Assembly (NCBI GenBank): GCA_965372535.1
Contig: CBDVCR010000071.1
Span: 1 to 15,652, forward strand
DNA from: an uncultured bacterium
GTDB lineage: Bacteria > Nitrospirota > Thermodesulfovibrionia > Thermodesulfovibrionales > JdFR-86
Reading direction: 5' to 3'
DNA length: 15,652 nucleotides
Below, piece after piece: positions 1 through 8,311 of the stretch (positions are counted from its first letter, which is position 1; each line of letters opens with the position of its first letter). The notes beneath the pieces were generated by a model that saw nothing but the letters and a program-made list of their open reading frames with translations, was not told where the DNA came from and did no database searches. The position numbers and the translations under genes are program-made.

Positions 1-1064
1 AGGAAGTCCGCCGGGCCGTTCATGGTGTCCATGTACTGGTGGATGACCCTCCACATGTGGCCGCACTCGCCGCCGAGTATCCACTTGACGCCGAGGCGTT
101 TGGCCTCGTGGTACATCTTGGCGTTGAGTTTCTTCATCATCTCGTTGGAGGTGAAGAGGCCGAAGTTTCCGCCCTCCGACGCATAGGTGCTCATGGTATA
201 GTTCAGCCCTATGTGCTCGAAAAGCAGTATGTAGCCCATCATCGTGTAAATCCCCGGCATGGCGAAGGCGTCCGCCGAGGGGGTGATGAAGAGCACGTCG
301 GCCCCCTTCTTGTTGAAGGGCACATCTATCCGCACGCCGGTTACGTCCTCGATGTCGTCGCAGAGGGATTCGACGCTGTTAACAAAGGCGTGGGGCTGGA
401 GGCCAAGATGGTTGCCGGTCCGGTTGCAGTTGGCGGCGGGCTCCAGTATCCAGTTGATGTTCACGCCCACCAGCTGCATGAGTTCCCTGGCCATCATAGT
501 GACCTCGGCGGTGTCTATGCCGTAGGGGCAGAAGGCCGAGCAGCGGCGGCACTCCGTGCACTGGTAAAAGTACATGAACCATTCCTTGAGGACGTTGACC
601 GTGAGCTTCCGGCCTCCGGCCAGCCTCCCCAGTATCTTCCCGGCGGTCTTGAACTCGCCCCGGTAGATGGACCTCATGAGTTCGGCCCTCAAAACGGGCA
701 TGTTCTTGGGGTCGCCGCCGCCCAGGAAGAAATGGCATTTGTCGGCGCAGGCCCCGCACCGCACGCAGATGTCCATGAACACCTTGAAGGAGCGGAACCG
801 TTTGAGCCTGTCTCGGAACCCCTCGAGGATGGTCTCTTCCCAGTTTTCGGGAAGCTTCCAGTCCTCCTCGGCGGGGGACCATTCCCTTGCGTTGGGAAAC
901 CCGTGGTACTCCACAATCTTGGCTTTCCCGGCATAGCAGAAATTGCCCGGCTTGAACTCCACGGGAATGTCCGTCCACTTTTTCTCCGGCACGTCACCCC
1001 TCAGCAAGTTGGGGGTGTTCAGCAGATTGTCTACCAGTTCCTGTGGTTTCGGTACCTTAGCCAT
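1..1064 (-). CDS. dsrK: DsrK-like iron-sulfur protein of the DsrMKJOP complex (HdrD-like), 3' end truncated by window start
   Basis: Minus-strand reading from ATG at 1064: MAKVPKPQELVDNLLNTPNLLRGDVPEKKWTDIPVEFKPGNFCYAGKAKIVEYHGFPNAREW..., with ferredoxin-type motifs CVRCGACADKCHFF and CTECRRCSAFCPYG. Located immediately downstream of dsrM (3-nt gap). Confidence 0.9.
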   Translation of the reverse strand, partial: MAKVPKPQELVDNLLNTPNLLRGDVPEKKWTDIPVEFKPGNFCYAGKAKIVEYHGFPNAREWSPAEEDWKLPENWEETILEGFRDRLKRFRSFKVFMDICVRCGACADKCHFFLGGGDPKNMPVLRAELMRSIYRGEFKTAGKILGRLAGGRKLTVNVLKEWFMYFYQCTECRRCSAFCPYGIDTAEVTMMARELMQLVGVNINWILEPAANCNRTGNHLGLQPHAFVNSVESLCDDIEDVTGVRIDVPFNKKGADVLFITPSADAFAMPGIYTMMGYILLFEHIGLNYTMSTYASEGGNFGLFTSNEMMKKLNAKMYHEAKRLGVKWILGGECGHMWRVIHQYMDTMNGPADF

Positions 1065-1067
1065 AAC

Positions 1068-2072
1068 CTATTCTTCCTCTTCGTCTTTCTCAAGTGGCAA
1101 TCCGACGGACTTCATCGTCTTCCTGAAATCGTCCTCATACTCTTCATATGTATGGAACTTGACGTCGGGATTCCACGGGTTAATGTGCCTTTTCTTGCGG
1201 CTGTTGTTTATCATGTTTCTGGTCGGACTCATAAAGACCCCTCCCATGTGCATGAGCTTGCTGAAGGGGAAGTAGATGAGGAGCACGCTGACCAGCAACA
1301 GGTGCATGTAGAATAAGTAGCCTATCCCCTCCGGTGCCGCGGGGGTGAAAGAAAACAGCCCGTTTATCAGCTCCTTGACCTTGGGCACGTCCACCTTGCT
1401 TATGTACCTCATCAGGACCCCGGTGACGGCTATGCCAAGGATGAGGAACAGGGGGAAGTAGTCCGCGGGGAGGGAGATTACCTTCAGCTGCGGGATGACC
1501 ACCCTGCGGAGGAAGAGGTACGTCACGGCTATTACGATAACCGCGTCGGTCATATAGAACGTGGGAAGGGTCAGCTGTAAAAACCCGTCAAGCCCCTCGA
1601 CCCAGTGGACGAAGAACGGCACCGGATCGACGAAAAGCCTGAAGTGCCTGACCACTATGAAAAGAAACGACCAGTGGAAGGCCAACCCCGCCATCCACAG
1701 CCATTTGCTCGAGCCGTAGACGAGCCTCGGCCCTTCCATCGCGTCCGCCTTGGTGTTTTTGAACAGCGAACGGAACAGGAACACCTCCAGGAGCATCCTG
1801 CCGATGACGCCCAGGGCACTTGAAGGGTTGTCGAGCTTGTTCTGCTTTATCCACGGCAGCGACTCCTGCTGGCCGCTGGTCGTGGGGATGCGGAAGGGAA
1901 CGGGCACGCGGGCCCACTGAACAAGGCGATACGCAAAGCCCAGCACAAAGACGGCAACCGCCGCATACGGCACGACGATGCCTAATAAGTATTGCAGGCC
2001 TGCGTTCTCCCCTCCGACGTAAGCGAGCGCAACAAGCACAATCACCATTATAAGGGAAAACATCATACCCAT
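1068..2072 (-). CDS. dsrM: DsrM-like membrane cytochrome b subunit (respiratory nitrate reductase gamma-like)
   Basis: 334-aa ORF with multiple hydrophobic helices, His-containing TM segments, C-terminal HKKRHINPWNPDVKFHTYEEYEDDFRKTMKSVGLP; directly upstream of dsrK. Confidence 0.87.
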   Translation of the reverse strand: MGMMFSLIMVIVLVALAYVGGENAGLQYLLGIVVPYAAVAVFVLGFAYRLVQWARVPVPFRIPTTSGQQESLPWIKQNKLDNPSSALGVIGRMLLEVFLFRSLFKNTKADAMEGPRLVYGSSKWLWMAGLAFHWSFLFIVVRHFRLFVDPVPFFVHWVEGLDGFLQLTLPTFYMTDAVIVIAVTYLFLRRVVIPQLKVISLPADYFPLFLILGIAVTGVLMRYISKVDVPKVKELINGLFSFTPAAPEGIGYLFYMHLLLVSVLLIYFPFSKLMHMGGVFMSPTRNMINNSRKKRHINPWNPDVKFHTYEEYEDDFRKTMKSVGLPLEKDEEEE

Positions 2073-2126
2073 CAGATTCTACCTCGCTTCATGCGTTGCG
2101 TTAAATGCTTCATAGCCCCAGGAACC

Positions 2127-2642
2127 CTATCCATGGCTCTCCTCCCGTCTGTCGAGCAAGTTGGCCTTTCTGAGCAGCATGTAAAGGTTCCGCTTCATCT
2201 CATCTTCCTTGACCCTGTTGATGGCCTCGCGGCACTCCGTATAGATGTCAAAGGAGACGAGAGCCATCTCCTCGACGATGGAATCCAGCCGTTCGAGCGC
2301 CCCGGCGTTTCCGACTGACCCCTCTTCGTACACCTCTTTTACGGCCTTTTTAAGAAGGAACGCGAATGACACGGCCCGGGAGGGAGGGAAGTCCTGTACA
2401 GCCCGCATCCTGACGAAAGGCTTAAGGCAGGCCGAGAGCCGCTCCGGGTCGGCCCCATCCTGGAGATCCCCAAGCACGGAATCCACCATTTCGGAAATGG
2501 CGTACCCAATTGGATTGGCGAAACGGTCTTTCTTTTTCCTGAGAAACGCTTCGGAGTCTGCGGGATAAGTCTCTACAATCAATTGATGCCATTTCCGGCG
2601 GATTTCCTCTTTGTTCAGGACTAAAAACTCTTTAAATTCCAA
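2127..2642 (-). CDS. RsbRD N-terminal domain-like small protein encoded between dsrC and dsrM
   Basis: 171-aa ORF MEFKEFLVLNKEEIRRKWHQLIVETYPADSEAFLRKKKDRFANPIGYAISE...; the pattern KEEIRRKWxxLIxETYP...FLxxxKDRFANPVGYxI resembles the RsbRD_N family commonly seen near dsrMK genes. Confidence 0.65.
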   Translation of the reverse strand: MEFKEFLVLNKEEIRRKWHQLIVETYPADSEAFLRKKKDRFANPIGYAISEMVDSVLGDLQDGADPERLSACLKPFVRMRAVQDFPPSRAVSFAFLLKKAVKEVYEEGSVGNAGALERLDSIVEEMALVSFDIYTECREAINRVKEDEMKRNLYMLLRKANLLDRREESHG

Positions 2643-2693
2643 TATCGAAACTCCTCCCCTTACCTTTTTCGAGCCGCGCGACCGCCAACGTAA

Positions 2694-2734
2694 GGCCGCG
2701 GATAAAGGCCGCGGTACGTCCTTTATCCGCGGCC
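2694..2734 (-). other. Perfect 15-bp inverted repeat (RNA hairpin) in the dsrC - RsbRD-like intergenic region
   Basis: GGCCGCGGATAAAGG (2694-2708) / CCTTTATCCGCGGCC (2720-2734), 11-nt loop, directly downstream of the dsrC stop; no following U-tract in the minus direction. Confidence 0.85.
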
Positions 2735-2750
2735 GTCAGTGCCCTGTGTC

Positions 2751-3086
2751 TTATACGCAACCCGTGGGCTTCGGAAGTCCCGCATACCTGCAGGCCTGCT
2801 TCGCAGGGCCGCCGGGATAGAGCTCGTAGAGGTACTTGGTGTTGCCCTTTTCGGGGCCCATCACCTTGCCTATCTCCTTGACGAGTATCTTGATCATCGG
2901 GGCAATCTGGTACTTCTCGTAGTATTCCCTGAGGAAGTTGATGACCTCCCAGTGGGCATCGGTCAGGCTAATGCTGTCCTCGTTGGCAAGCTCCTGGGCA
3001 AGTTCCTTGCTCCAGTCATCGAGGTCTACCAGATACCCGTCGTCATCGACTTCAATCTGCTTTCCCTGAAAATCCATTGTCGGCAT
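2751..3086 (-). CDS. dsrC: DsrC / TusE-family sulfur carrier protein with both conserved C-terminal cysteines
   Basis: 111-aa ORF ending ...GGPAKQACRYAGLPKPTGCV; C-x10-C-V C-terminal arm diagnostic of DsrC. AGGAGG-type SD upstream (cctcct at ~3093-3098 on + strand). Confidence 0.96.
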   Translation of the reverse strand: MPTMDFQGKQIEVDDDGYLVDLDDWSKELAQELANEDSISLTDAHWEVINFLREYYEKYQIAPMIKILVKEIGKVMGPEKGNTKYLYELYPGGPAKQACRYAGLPKPTGCV

Positions 3087-3308
3087 GTTGCGTCTCCTCC
3101 TTTTTATTTAATTGCCTTTGCCACGTGCGGAAATTCCTTCCCACGCACCCACCTACACTAATCCATCCCCTCCCTGAAATGTCAAGTCTGCGGTCATAAA
3201 AAGTAATACAGAGTGATAGCCGGGGTCAAATAAAAAATACTTATCAGCCTATCTATTTTAGTTAATATTCCTTTAATTTTCTTTTTCACGCACCTCTCGG
3301 AAACAGAC

Positions 3309-3340
3309 AAAAAAGCCGCCCGCGCAAGTGAAACCGCGGG
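3309..3340 (-). terminator. Probable Rho-independent terminator
   Basis: Minus-strand RNA: CCCGCG-gtttcacttg-CGCGGG-cggc-TTTTTT; a flanking GCCG (3352-3355) can additionally pair with the CGGC. Confidence 0.6.
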
Positions 3341-3346
3341 TTGACA

Positions 3347-3412
3347 TTAAACGGCAAAAGAGGCGCCCCCGGTATTCCCGCCTCTGAACCTCTTTGGAAA
3401 ATCGAAAACCAT
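3347..3412 (-). CDS. Candidate small ORF, 21 aa (MVFDFPKRFRGGNTGGASFAV)
   Basis: AGAGGAGGT Shine-Dalgarno about 9 nt upstream of ATG, followed by stop and the terminator-like hairpin at 3309-3340; lies downstream of the ggt-like gene in an otherwise unassigned gap. Confidence 0.35.
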   Translation of the reverse strand: MVFDFPKRFRGGNTGGASFAV

Positions 3413-3438
3413 ATGAAGTTTACCTCCTCTATAAACCT

Positions 3439-3460
3439 CCCTGCGGCAGAGACCGCAGGG
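3439..3460 (-). other. Hairpin upstream of the candidate small ORF
   Basis: Perfect CCCTGCGG-cagaga-CCGCAGGG inverted repeat (8-bp arms, 6-nt loop). Confidence 0.7.
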
Positions 3461-3523
3461 TATCCTGAAAAGGCAAGGAGTTGGCAACCCCGCGGCAAGA
3501 CCACGGGGAATGCACTGGTGCAT

Positions 3524-4942
3524 TCAATCGACCCTCATGAAATAGCCGCCCCTCCGGGTATCCCCCCACCCCTTGAGGTCCCCTGTCACGGCATGCACCC
3601 CGCCGAAGTAAACCTCTTTTTCCCGCCACGGGTTAAGAGGGTATTTCCCCCGGACAGCGCGCAGGGCGTCCTCGCCGAAGCCCGGCTCCAACTGCAGCAC
3701 CCCCTCGTCGTCCAGGTGCATCCTCGGGGCCTCGACCGCACGGGCCGCGTCCATCCCCCTGTCCAGGAGGTTATGGATAACCTGAAGCATCGCTGTCTTA
3801 ATCCTCTTGCTCCCGCCGCTTCCGAGCACCGAGTGGATTTCCCCGTCCTTCTTTATAATTGTGGGAGACATCATGGAGCCCACCCTCGCCCCAGGCACGG
3901 TGGTGAAGAACCCGTGGGGGAAGAGGTCGTCCTCGCCCATCATGTTGTTGAGCATGACACCCGTATCCCCGAGAAAATGCCCGGAGTTCGAGCCGTTTGA
4001 CGAGGTCATTGAGACGGCGTTCCCCGCCCCGTCCACCACGCTCACATGCGTGGTGCCCGCGGCCCCCTGCCTTTCCCTGTTCATCCTCGCCATGGTTTCC
4101 GCCAGCAGCAGGCAGGCCTCCGCCTCGTCCATCCGCTCAATCTCCTCATTTTTAAGAAGCGAGAAGGCCGTCTCAAGCAACGCGCCGCCGAAGGAGGGAG
4201 GGGGATTAAAAAGCATCTCAAACCCCCTGTACGCGCACGAAAGCGGCCTTCTCTTTCTCACTTCGTACTCCCGCAGGTCCCTTGCCGTAACGCGCCCGCC
4301 GCCAGGTCTTAACTGCTCCTCAAGCCGGTGGGCGCCGCTTCCGTAAAACGCGTCAATCCACGCATCGGGCGACCTCAAGCCCAGGAACTCACCAAACAGG
4401 GGGTTATAGAGCCTCCCGCCGCTTTCCTTGCCGCCGAAAATCTCCTTTCCATAGCCGGTAACCGTGAGGATGGGCAAGAGGATTTTAATGAGATAGCTCT
4501 GAAGCCCGTCTAACTCGACCCCCTGCTCAAGGTACCTGAGGGCCGGCCGTATGATGTCCCGGATGTCCATGGAGGCGAGCTCCCGGTGAAACCTTAAAAG
4601 CCCCTTGAGCATTCCAGGCGCCGCCACGGAGGCCGTGCCGATATGGAAGACCTGTACGGTGGACTTAAACCGTATCTCCACGGGTTCGAGCACGGGTGTT
4701 TCCGAAAAAGACGCCCCCCTGCCCGGTGCGTCCACGAAGAAATCATAGACCACGTCCTCGCCCCGGTCGGCGACATGGGCCATGAGAAACCCCCCGCCCC
4801 CGAGGCTTGAGAGGACGGGCTCCGCCACCACGGAGGCGAATCCCGCCGCAACAGCCGCGTCGAAGGCGTTTCCGCCCCTCCTGAACATCTCGCACGCCGC
4901 CCCGGTGGTAAGGGGATGCCCGGAAGCCGCCGCCCCTTTCAT
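3524..4942 (-). CDS. ggt: Gamma-glutamyltransferase family protein
   Basis: 472-aa ORF; GNAFDAAVAAGFASVVAEPVLSSLGGGGFL N-terminal signature, putative catalytic Thr in GTTHVSVVDGAGNAVSMTSSNG, GS..GGSKRIKTAMLQVI near the C terminus. Confidence 0.88.
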   Translation of the reverse strand: MKGAAASGHPLTTGAACEMFRRGGNAFDAAVAAGFASVVAEPVLSSLGGGGFLMAHVADRGEDVVYDFFVDAPGRGASFSETPVLEPVEIRFKSTVQVFHIGTASVAAPGMLKGLLRFHRELASMDIRDIIRPALRYLEQGVELDGLQSYLIKILLPILTVTGYGKEIFGGKESGGRLYNPLFGEFLGLRSPDAWIDAFYGSGAHRLEEQLRPGGGRVTARDLREYEVRKRRPLSCAYRGFEMLFNPPPSFGGALLETAFSLLKNEEIERMDEAEACLLLAETMARMNRERQGAAGTTHVSVVDGAGNAVSMTSSNGSNSGHFLGDTGVMLNNMMGEDDLFPHGFFTTVPGARVGSMMSPTIIKKDGEIHSVLGSGGSKRIKTAMLQVIHNLLDRGMDAARAVEAPRMHLDDEGVLQLEPGFGEDALRAVRGKYPLNPWREKEVYFGGVHAVTGDLKGWGDTRRGGYFMRVD

Positions 4943-5040
4943 CTACCGGCCGGTTAGTTTCTCAGCAGACATTGAATCCTTCCAAAGCCCCCTGCACTGG
5001 GATTCCGAGGCATTTACATGTCTGCTTGCCGGCGGTCCCG

Positions 5041-6153
5041 TCAGCAAGCGTAAAACCCCTCCCGGACGCAGGCTATCATGGACTTGAAATCCCTTTCCTC
5101 CCTGTATAGCCTTTGTTGGGCGTGAGCCCCGGTGCCGTTTTCAAGTATTTCCCCTATTGCACCCATGTACCCGAGCCCCCCGAGTTCTCCGGACTGCCGC
5201 TCTACCAGGTGTAAGAGTTCCTGTACCGCCTCCCGGATGGGGACCCTTTTTGCGGTCACGGGGTTTACGAATATCCCGTCAAGGCCGTAGCGCGCCGCCT
5301 GCCACTTGTTGGACCTCAATATCTGCATCTGCACCCTTGCCTCGGGGTGAAACTGCACGTTTGAAAGCGTGACCACAAGGGCCTGGATAAGCGCGGTAAG
5401 AGCCAGAATCTCGGCGTAACGGCAGGGCATATCACATACCCGTACCTCTACGGTGCCGAACTCCGGGTGCGGACGCACGTCCCACCAGAGGTCCTTTACG
5501 GACTCTATTATCCCTCCCATCTGAAGCAGCGAGGCCATGCGACAGAACTCGTCCCAGTTTTCGAGGGAATCCGGCAGGCCCGCAAGCGGCAGGGCCTCAA
5601 AGAGCTTTGTCCTGTAGGAGTAAAGCCCCGTGTCCTCGCCCAGGTAGAAAGGAGAGGAGGTGGAAACGGCAAGCAGGAGGGGCAGGTACATCCGGATAGT
5701 GTTGTTTATCCTTATTGCCCGCTCCGGAGAGTTGACCCCTATGTGCACATGCAAGCCCTGGCTTATAAACCTTCTGCCCACAAGCTGAAGGTCGTCCATA
5801 ACCCTGACGTATCGCGGGCTGCTGGTGACGTTTTCCGCCGAGCCCCCCTCGAAGGGGTGGAGGCTTGCGGAGTAGAAGACCGCGCCGAAGTTTTTTAATA
5901 GTCCCTCAAGGTAGGAGAGCGTACTCCGCAGGTCGGCGTCCACCTCCTTGACGTCGGCGCAGATACGGGTGTTTACCTCTATCATGGAACGGATGAACTC
6001 TTCCTTTATGCGGTCCGTATAGGCGGGGTCCATTGAAGACAGCACCTCGGGCGCGATGTTCTTAAACCAAAGAGTTCCGGCGTCCAGGAGCTGAAGCTCG
6101 AGTTCCACCCCGATGGTGGGCTCGGGGCTTGAGTTAAACCTTAACTCGGGCAC
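5041..6153 (-). CDS. ybdK: Carboxylate-amine ligase / glutamate-cysteine ligase type 2 (YbdK, GCS2 family); GTG start
   Basis: 370-aa ORF: TIGVELELQLLDAGTL, SLHPF, GLHVHIGV, FEVRVCDMPC-like segment (HPEFGTVEVRVCDMPC), C-terminal NKWQAARYGLDGI. Confidence 0.88.
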   Translation of the reverse strand: MPELRFNSSPEPTIGVELELQLLDAGTLWFKNIAPEVLSSMDPAYTDRIKEEFIRSMIEVNTRICADVKEVDADLRSTLSYLEGLLKNFGAVFYSASLHPFEGGSAENVTSSPRYVRVMDDLQLVGRRFISQGLHVHIGVNSPERAIRINNTIRMYLPLLLAVSTSSPFYLGEDTGLYSYRTKLFEALPLAGLPDSLENWDEFCRMASLLQMGGIIESVKDLWWDVRPHPEFGTVEVRVCDMPCRYAEILALTALIQALVVTLSNVQFHPEARVQMQILRSNKWQAARYGLDGIFVNPVTAKRVPIREAVQELLHLVERQSGELGGLGYMGAIGEILENGTGAHAQQRLYREERDFKSMIACVREGFYAC

Positions 6154-7330
6154 GTTTTTCCTTCAGGCTTTCGACGGCCCTCCTTACGGCGGCGTCGAAA
6201 AAGGCCGCACCGACGCGTATCACGTCCTCATCGAAGTTGAAGTTCGAGCTGTGGGCCGTGGCGGACTCCCCGCCCCTGCCCACTGCGCCGAAGCGTACGA
6301 AACAGCCGGGCACTTCCTTAAGATAGTAGGCGAAATCCTCCCCTCCCATGCTGGGCTTTACCAGGTTGATGAACTTCTCCCTGCCGAGCAGTCCCTCCGC
6401 CGCTTCCCGTGCGAGCAGGTAGCATTCGGGATGGTTAACCACCGGAGGGTAACCCTCGAAAATATTCACCTCAATCCTTGCGTCATGGAGCGATGCCATC
6501 CCCTCGGCGGTCTTCTGAATTCTTTTGAGCACGTCTTTTCTGGTCTTTCCATCGGTATTGCGTACTGTGCCCTTGAGGACGGCCTCGTCGGCCACCGCGT
6601 TGTAAACAGTGCCGGCATGGAGGCTCCCGACGGTTATCACCGTGGGGTTCAGGGGGTTGATGCTCCTTGAGATGATGTTCTGAAGGGCCATCACAAAAAG
6701 GCTCGCCACCACGACTGCGTCCACGGTTTCGTGGGGCCGGGCGGCGTGCCCCCCCCGTCCGAGTATCCTTATCTCGATGGCGTCGGTATAGGAGGAGTCC
6801 ACGTCCGTCCGTATGGCGATTTCTCCCAGTTTGAACGCGCCGTCGATATGTCCGCCGAATATCATGTCCACGCCGTCGAGCGCGCCCGCCTCTATCATGG
6901 AGCGTGCGCCTCCGCTTCCCTCCTCGGCGGGCTGAAAGAGCAGTACCACGTTGCCGGGCGGCGGGGATTTCCTGAGAAGCTCCGCGGCGCCGAGCACGAT
7001 GGCCACATGGCCGTCATGCCCGCAGGCGTGCATGTAGCCTTTTACCCTGGAGGCGTAGGGGAGACCTGTCTTCTCCTCGATGGGCAGGGCGTCCATGTCC
7101 GCCCTTAGGGCCACGGTGGGCGCCGGGGGACCGTGGTTGTCGATGCGGGCCACTATGCCGGTCTTTGCGATGCCGCGCCTGTAGGGGATGGAAAGCCTCT
7201 CCAGATACCTGGCGATGGCCTCGCCGGTCTTTTTCTCCTTGAAGGCGGGCTCGGGCCAGCGGTGAATTCTCCTCCTGAGACTCACAAGGCGTTTAAACGT
7301 CCTGTCGTCCATCAAGCGCTTAAAGGGCAT
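6134..7330 (-). CDS. M20-family (M20D-like) amidohydrolase / metallopeptidase
   Basis: LRRRIHRWPEPAFKEKKTGEAIARYL, LRADMDALPIEEKTGLPYAS...GYMHACGHDGHVA, FQPAEEGSGGARSMIEAG, GGHAARPHETVDAV, MGGEDFAYY. Start uncertain: the ORF track extends to a GTG at 7369; ATG at 7330 or 7312 fits the family start better. 3' end overlaps the ybdK start by 20 nt. Confidence 0.87.
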   Translation of the reverse strand: MPFKRLMDDRTFKRLVSLRRRIHRWPEPAFKEKKTGEAIARYLERLSIPYRRGIAKTGIVARIDNHGPPAPTVALRADMDALPIEEKTGLPYASRVKGYMHACGHDGHVAIVLGAAELLRKSPPPGNVVLLFQPAEEGSGGARSMIEAGALDGVDMIFGGHIDGAFKLGEIAIRTDVDSSYTDAIEIRILGRGGHAARPHETVDAVVVASLFVMALQNIISRSINPLNPTVITVGSLHAGTVYNAVADEAVLKGTVRNTDGKTRKDVLKRIQKTAEGMASLHDARIEVNIFEGYPPVVNHPECYLLAREAAEGLLGREKFINLVKPSMGGEDFAYYLKEVPGCFVRFGAVGRGGESATAHSSNFNFDEDVIRVGAAFFDAAVRRAVESLKEKRARVKV

Positions 7331-7442
7331 AATAAATTTTAGCACATGCGGGGGGATTAAAAGAGGCACGCGCAGGTTTACCCGCAGCCGTCAATGCATT
7401 GCAAAAATACAAAATATTTGCCCGTAAACCGGTTGAATCATT

Positions 7443-7448
7443 TATAAT
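7443..7448 (+). promoter_or_regulatory. Possible -10 box (TATAAT) upstream of the rhodanese gene
   Basis: Exact TATAAT 23 nt before the TTG start codon; only a weak -35-like TTGCCC at 7418-7423 with a 19-nt spacer. Confidence 0.35.
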
Positions 7449-7470
7449 ATGATGATGGGGAGGTAGCCGG

Positions 7471-8299
7471 TTGGGCCTTTTCGACATATTCGGAAACATC
7501 AGGACCATCAGCGTTGAGGAGGCGCGCAAGAAGCTCGAAGCCTCGAATAACGGAGAAGTGGCCCTCCTCGACGTCCGGGAGCCCAAGGAATACGCCCAGG
7601 GCCACATCAAGGGCGCGCGGCTCATGCCCCTGAGCCAGCTGGTGCAAAGGACAGAGGAACTCGACCCCTCAAGGCCCGCCATCGTTTACTGCCGCGTGGG
7701 CAGGCGCAGCGGGCCCGCCGCCTCGATACTCGGAAATTCCGGCATGAGCTCCGCGATAAGCCTCGAAGGGGGCATCGAGGCATGGAACGGAAACACTTTC
7801 TCATGCGGCATGGAGCCGGGCGTGTTCCCGCTCGACGGGAAAGACCCCGTGGAGGAGTTGCTCTCCGTCGCCTGGGCGCTTGAGGGCGGCACGTGCGAGT
7901 TTTACGAAAACGTAAGGGAAACCCTCAAGGACAATGAGGCCGGAGTGGTCTTCGGCGCCCTTATAAACAGCGAGCGGAAGCATAAGGACACCCTTAATAG
8001 AGGCATACGGAAAATACTCGACAGACGCCGGCGAGAGCGCAATAAAGGAATCTTCCGGAGCGTTCCTCAAAAGCGGAGCAAACCTTGAGAAAGCCCTCGG
8101 ATGGCTCGGGGCGCCGGAAAGGACAGCCCTGGACATACTGGAACTCTGTCTCCAGCTTGAGGCGAACGCCCTTGACCTTTACATGAAAATCATCCGGCGC
8201 ATCGACGAACCGGCCACAAAAGACGCGCTCAACCAGGTGCTGGAGGAGGAAAAAACACACCTGATGAGCATCGGGAAACTCCTGCAGAGCGTGCTTTAG
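7471..8299 (+). pseudogene. Rhodanese domain fused to rubrerythrin/ferritin-like domain, interrupted by an apparent +1 frameshift near 7996; TTG start
   Basis: Frame 1 (7471..8088): rhodanese VALLDVREPKEYAQGHIKGARLMPL...IVYCRVGRRSG, then ALEGGTCEFYENVRETLKDNEAGVVFGALINSERKHKDTL. The conserved continuation is in another frame from 7997: IEAYGKYSTDAGESAIKESSGAFL...LCLQLEANALDLYMKIIRRIDEPATKDALNQVLEEEKTHLMSIGKLLQSVL, stop at 8297-8299. GGGAGG SD precedes TTG. Confidence 0.8.
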
Positions 8300-8311
8300 C
8301 CCGGCTTTCTC

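Noticed and set aside
39-1316. 425-aa plus-strand ORF
   Set aside because: Antisense to dsrK/dsrM, low-complexity His/Val/Glu-rich composition typical of shadow ORFs in high-GC genes; the opposite strand has clear conserved motifs.
3155-3185. TTGACA (3180-3185, minus) as -35 of a dsrC promoter
   Set aside because: No acceptable -10 at 16-18 nt; best candidate TAGTGT needs a 19-nt spacer, so not reported as a feature.
3341-4000. 219-aa plus-strand ORF
   Set aside because: Mostly antisense to the 3' half of ggt with no recognisable family; the non-overlapping part coincides with hairpins and the candidate minus-strand sORF.
7392-7401. CAATGCATTG palindrome in the divergent intergenic region
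   Set aside because: Only 10 bp, no second copy or context; could be an operator but not distinguishable from chance.
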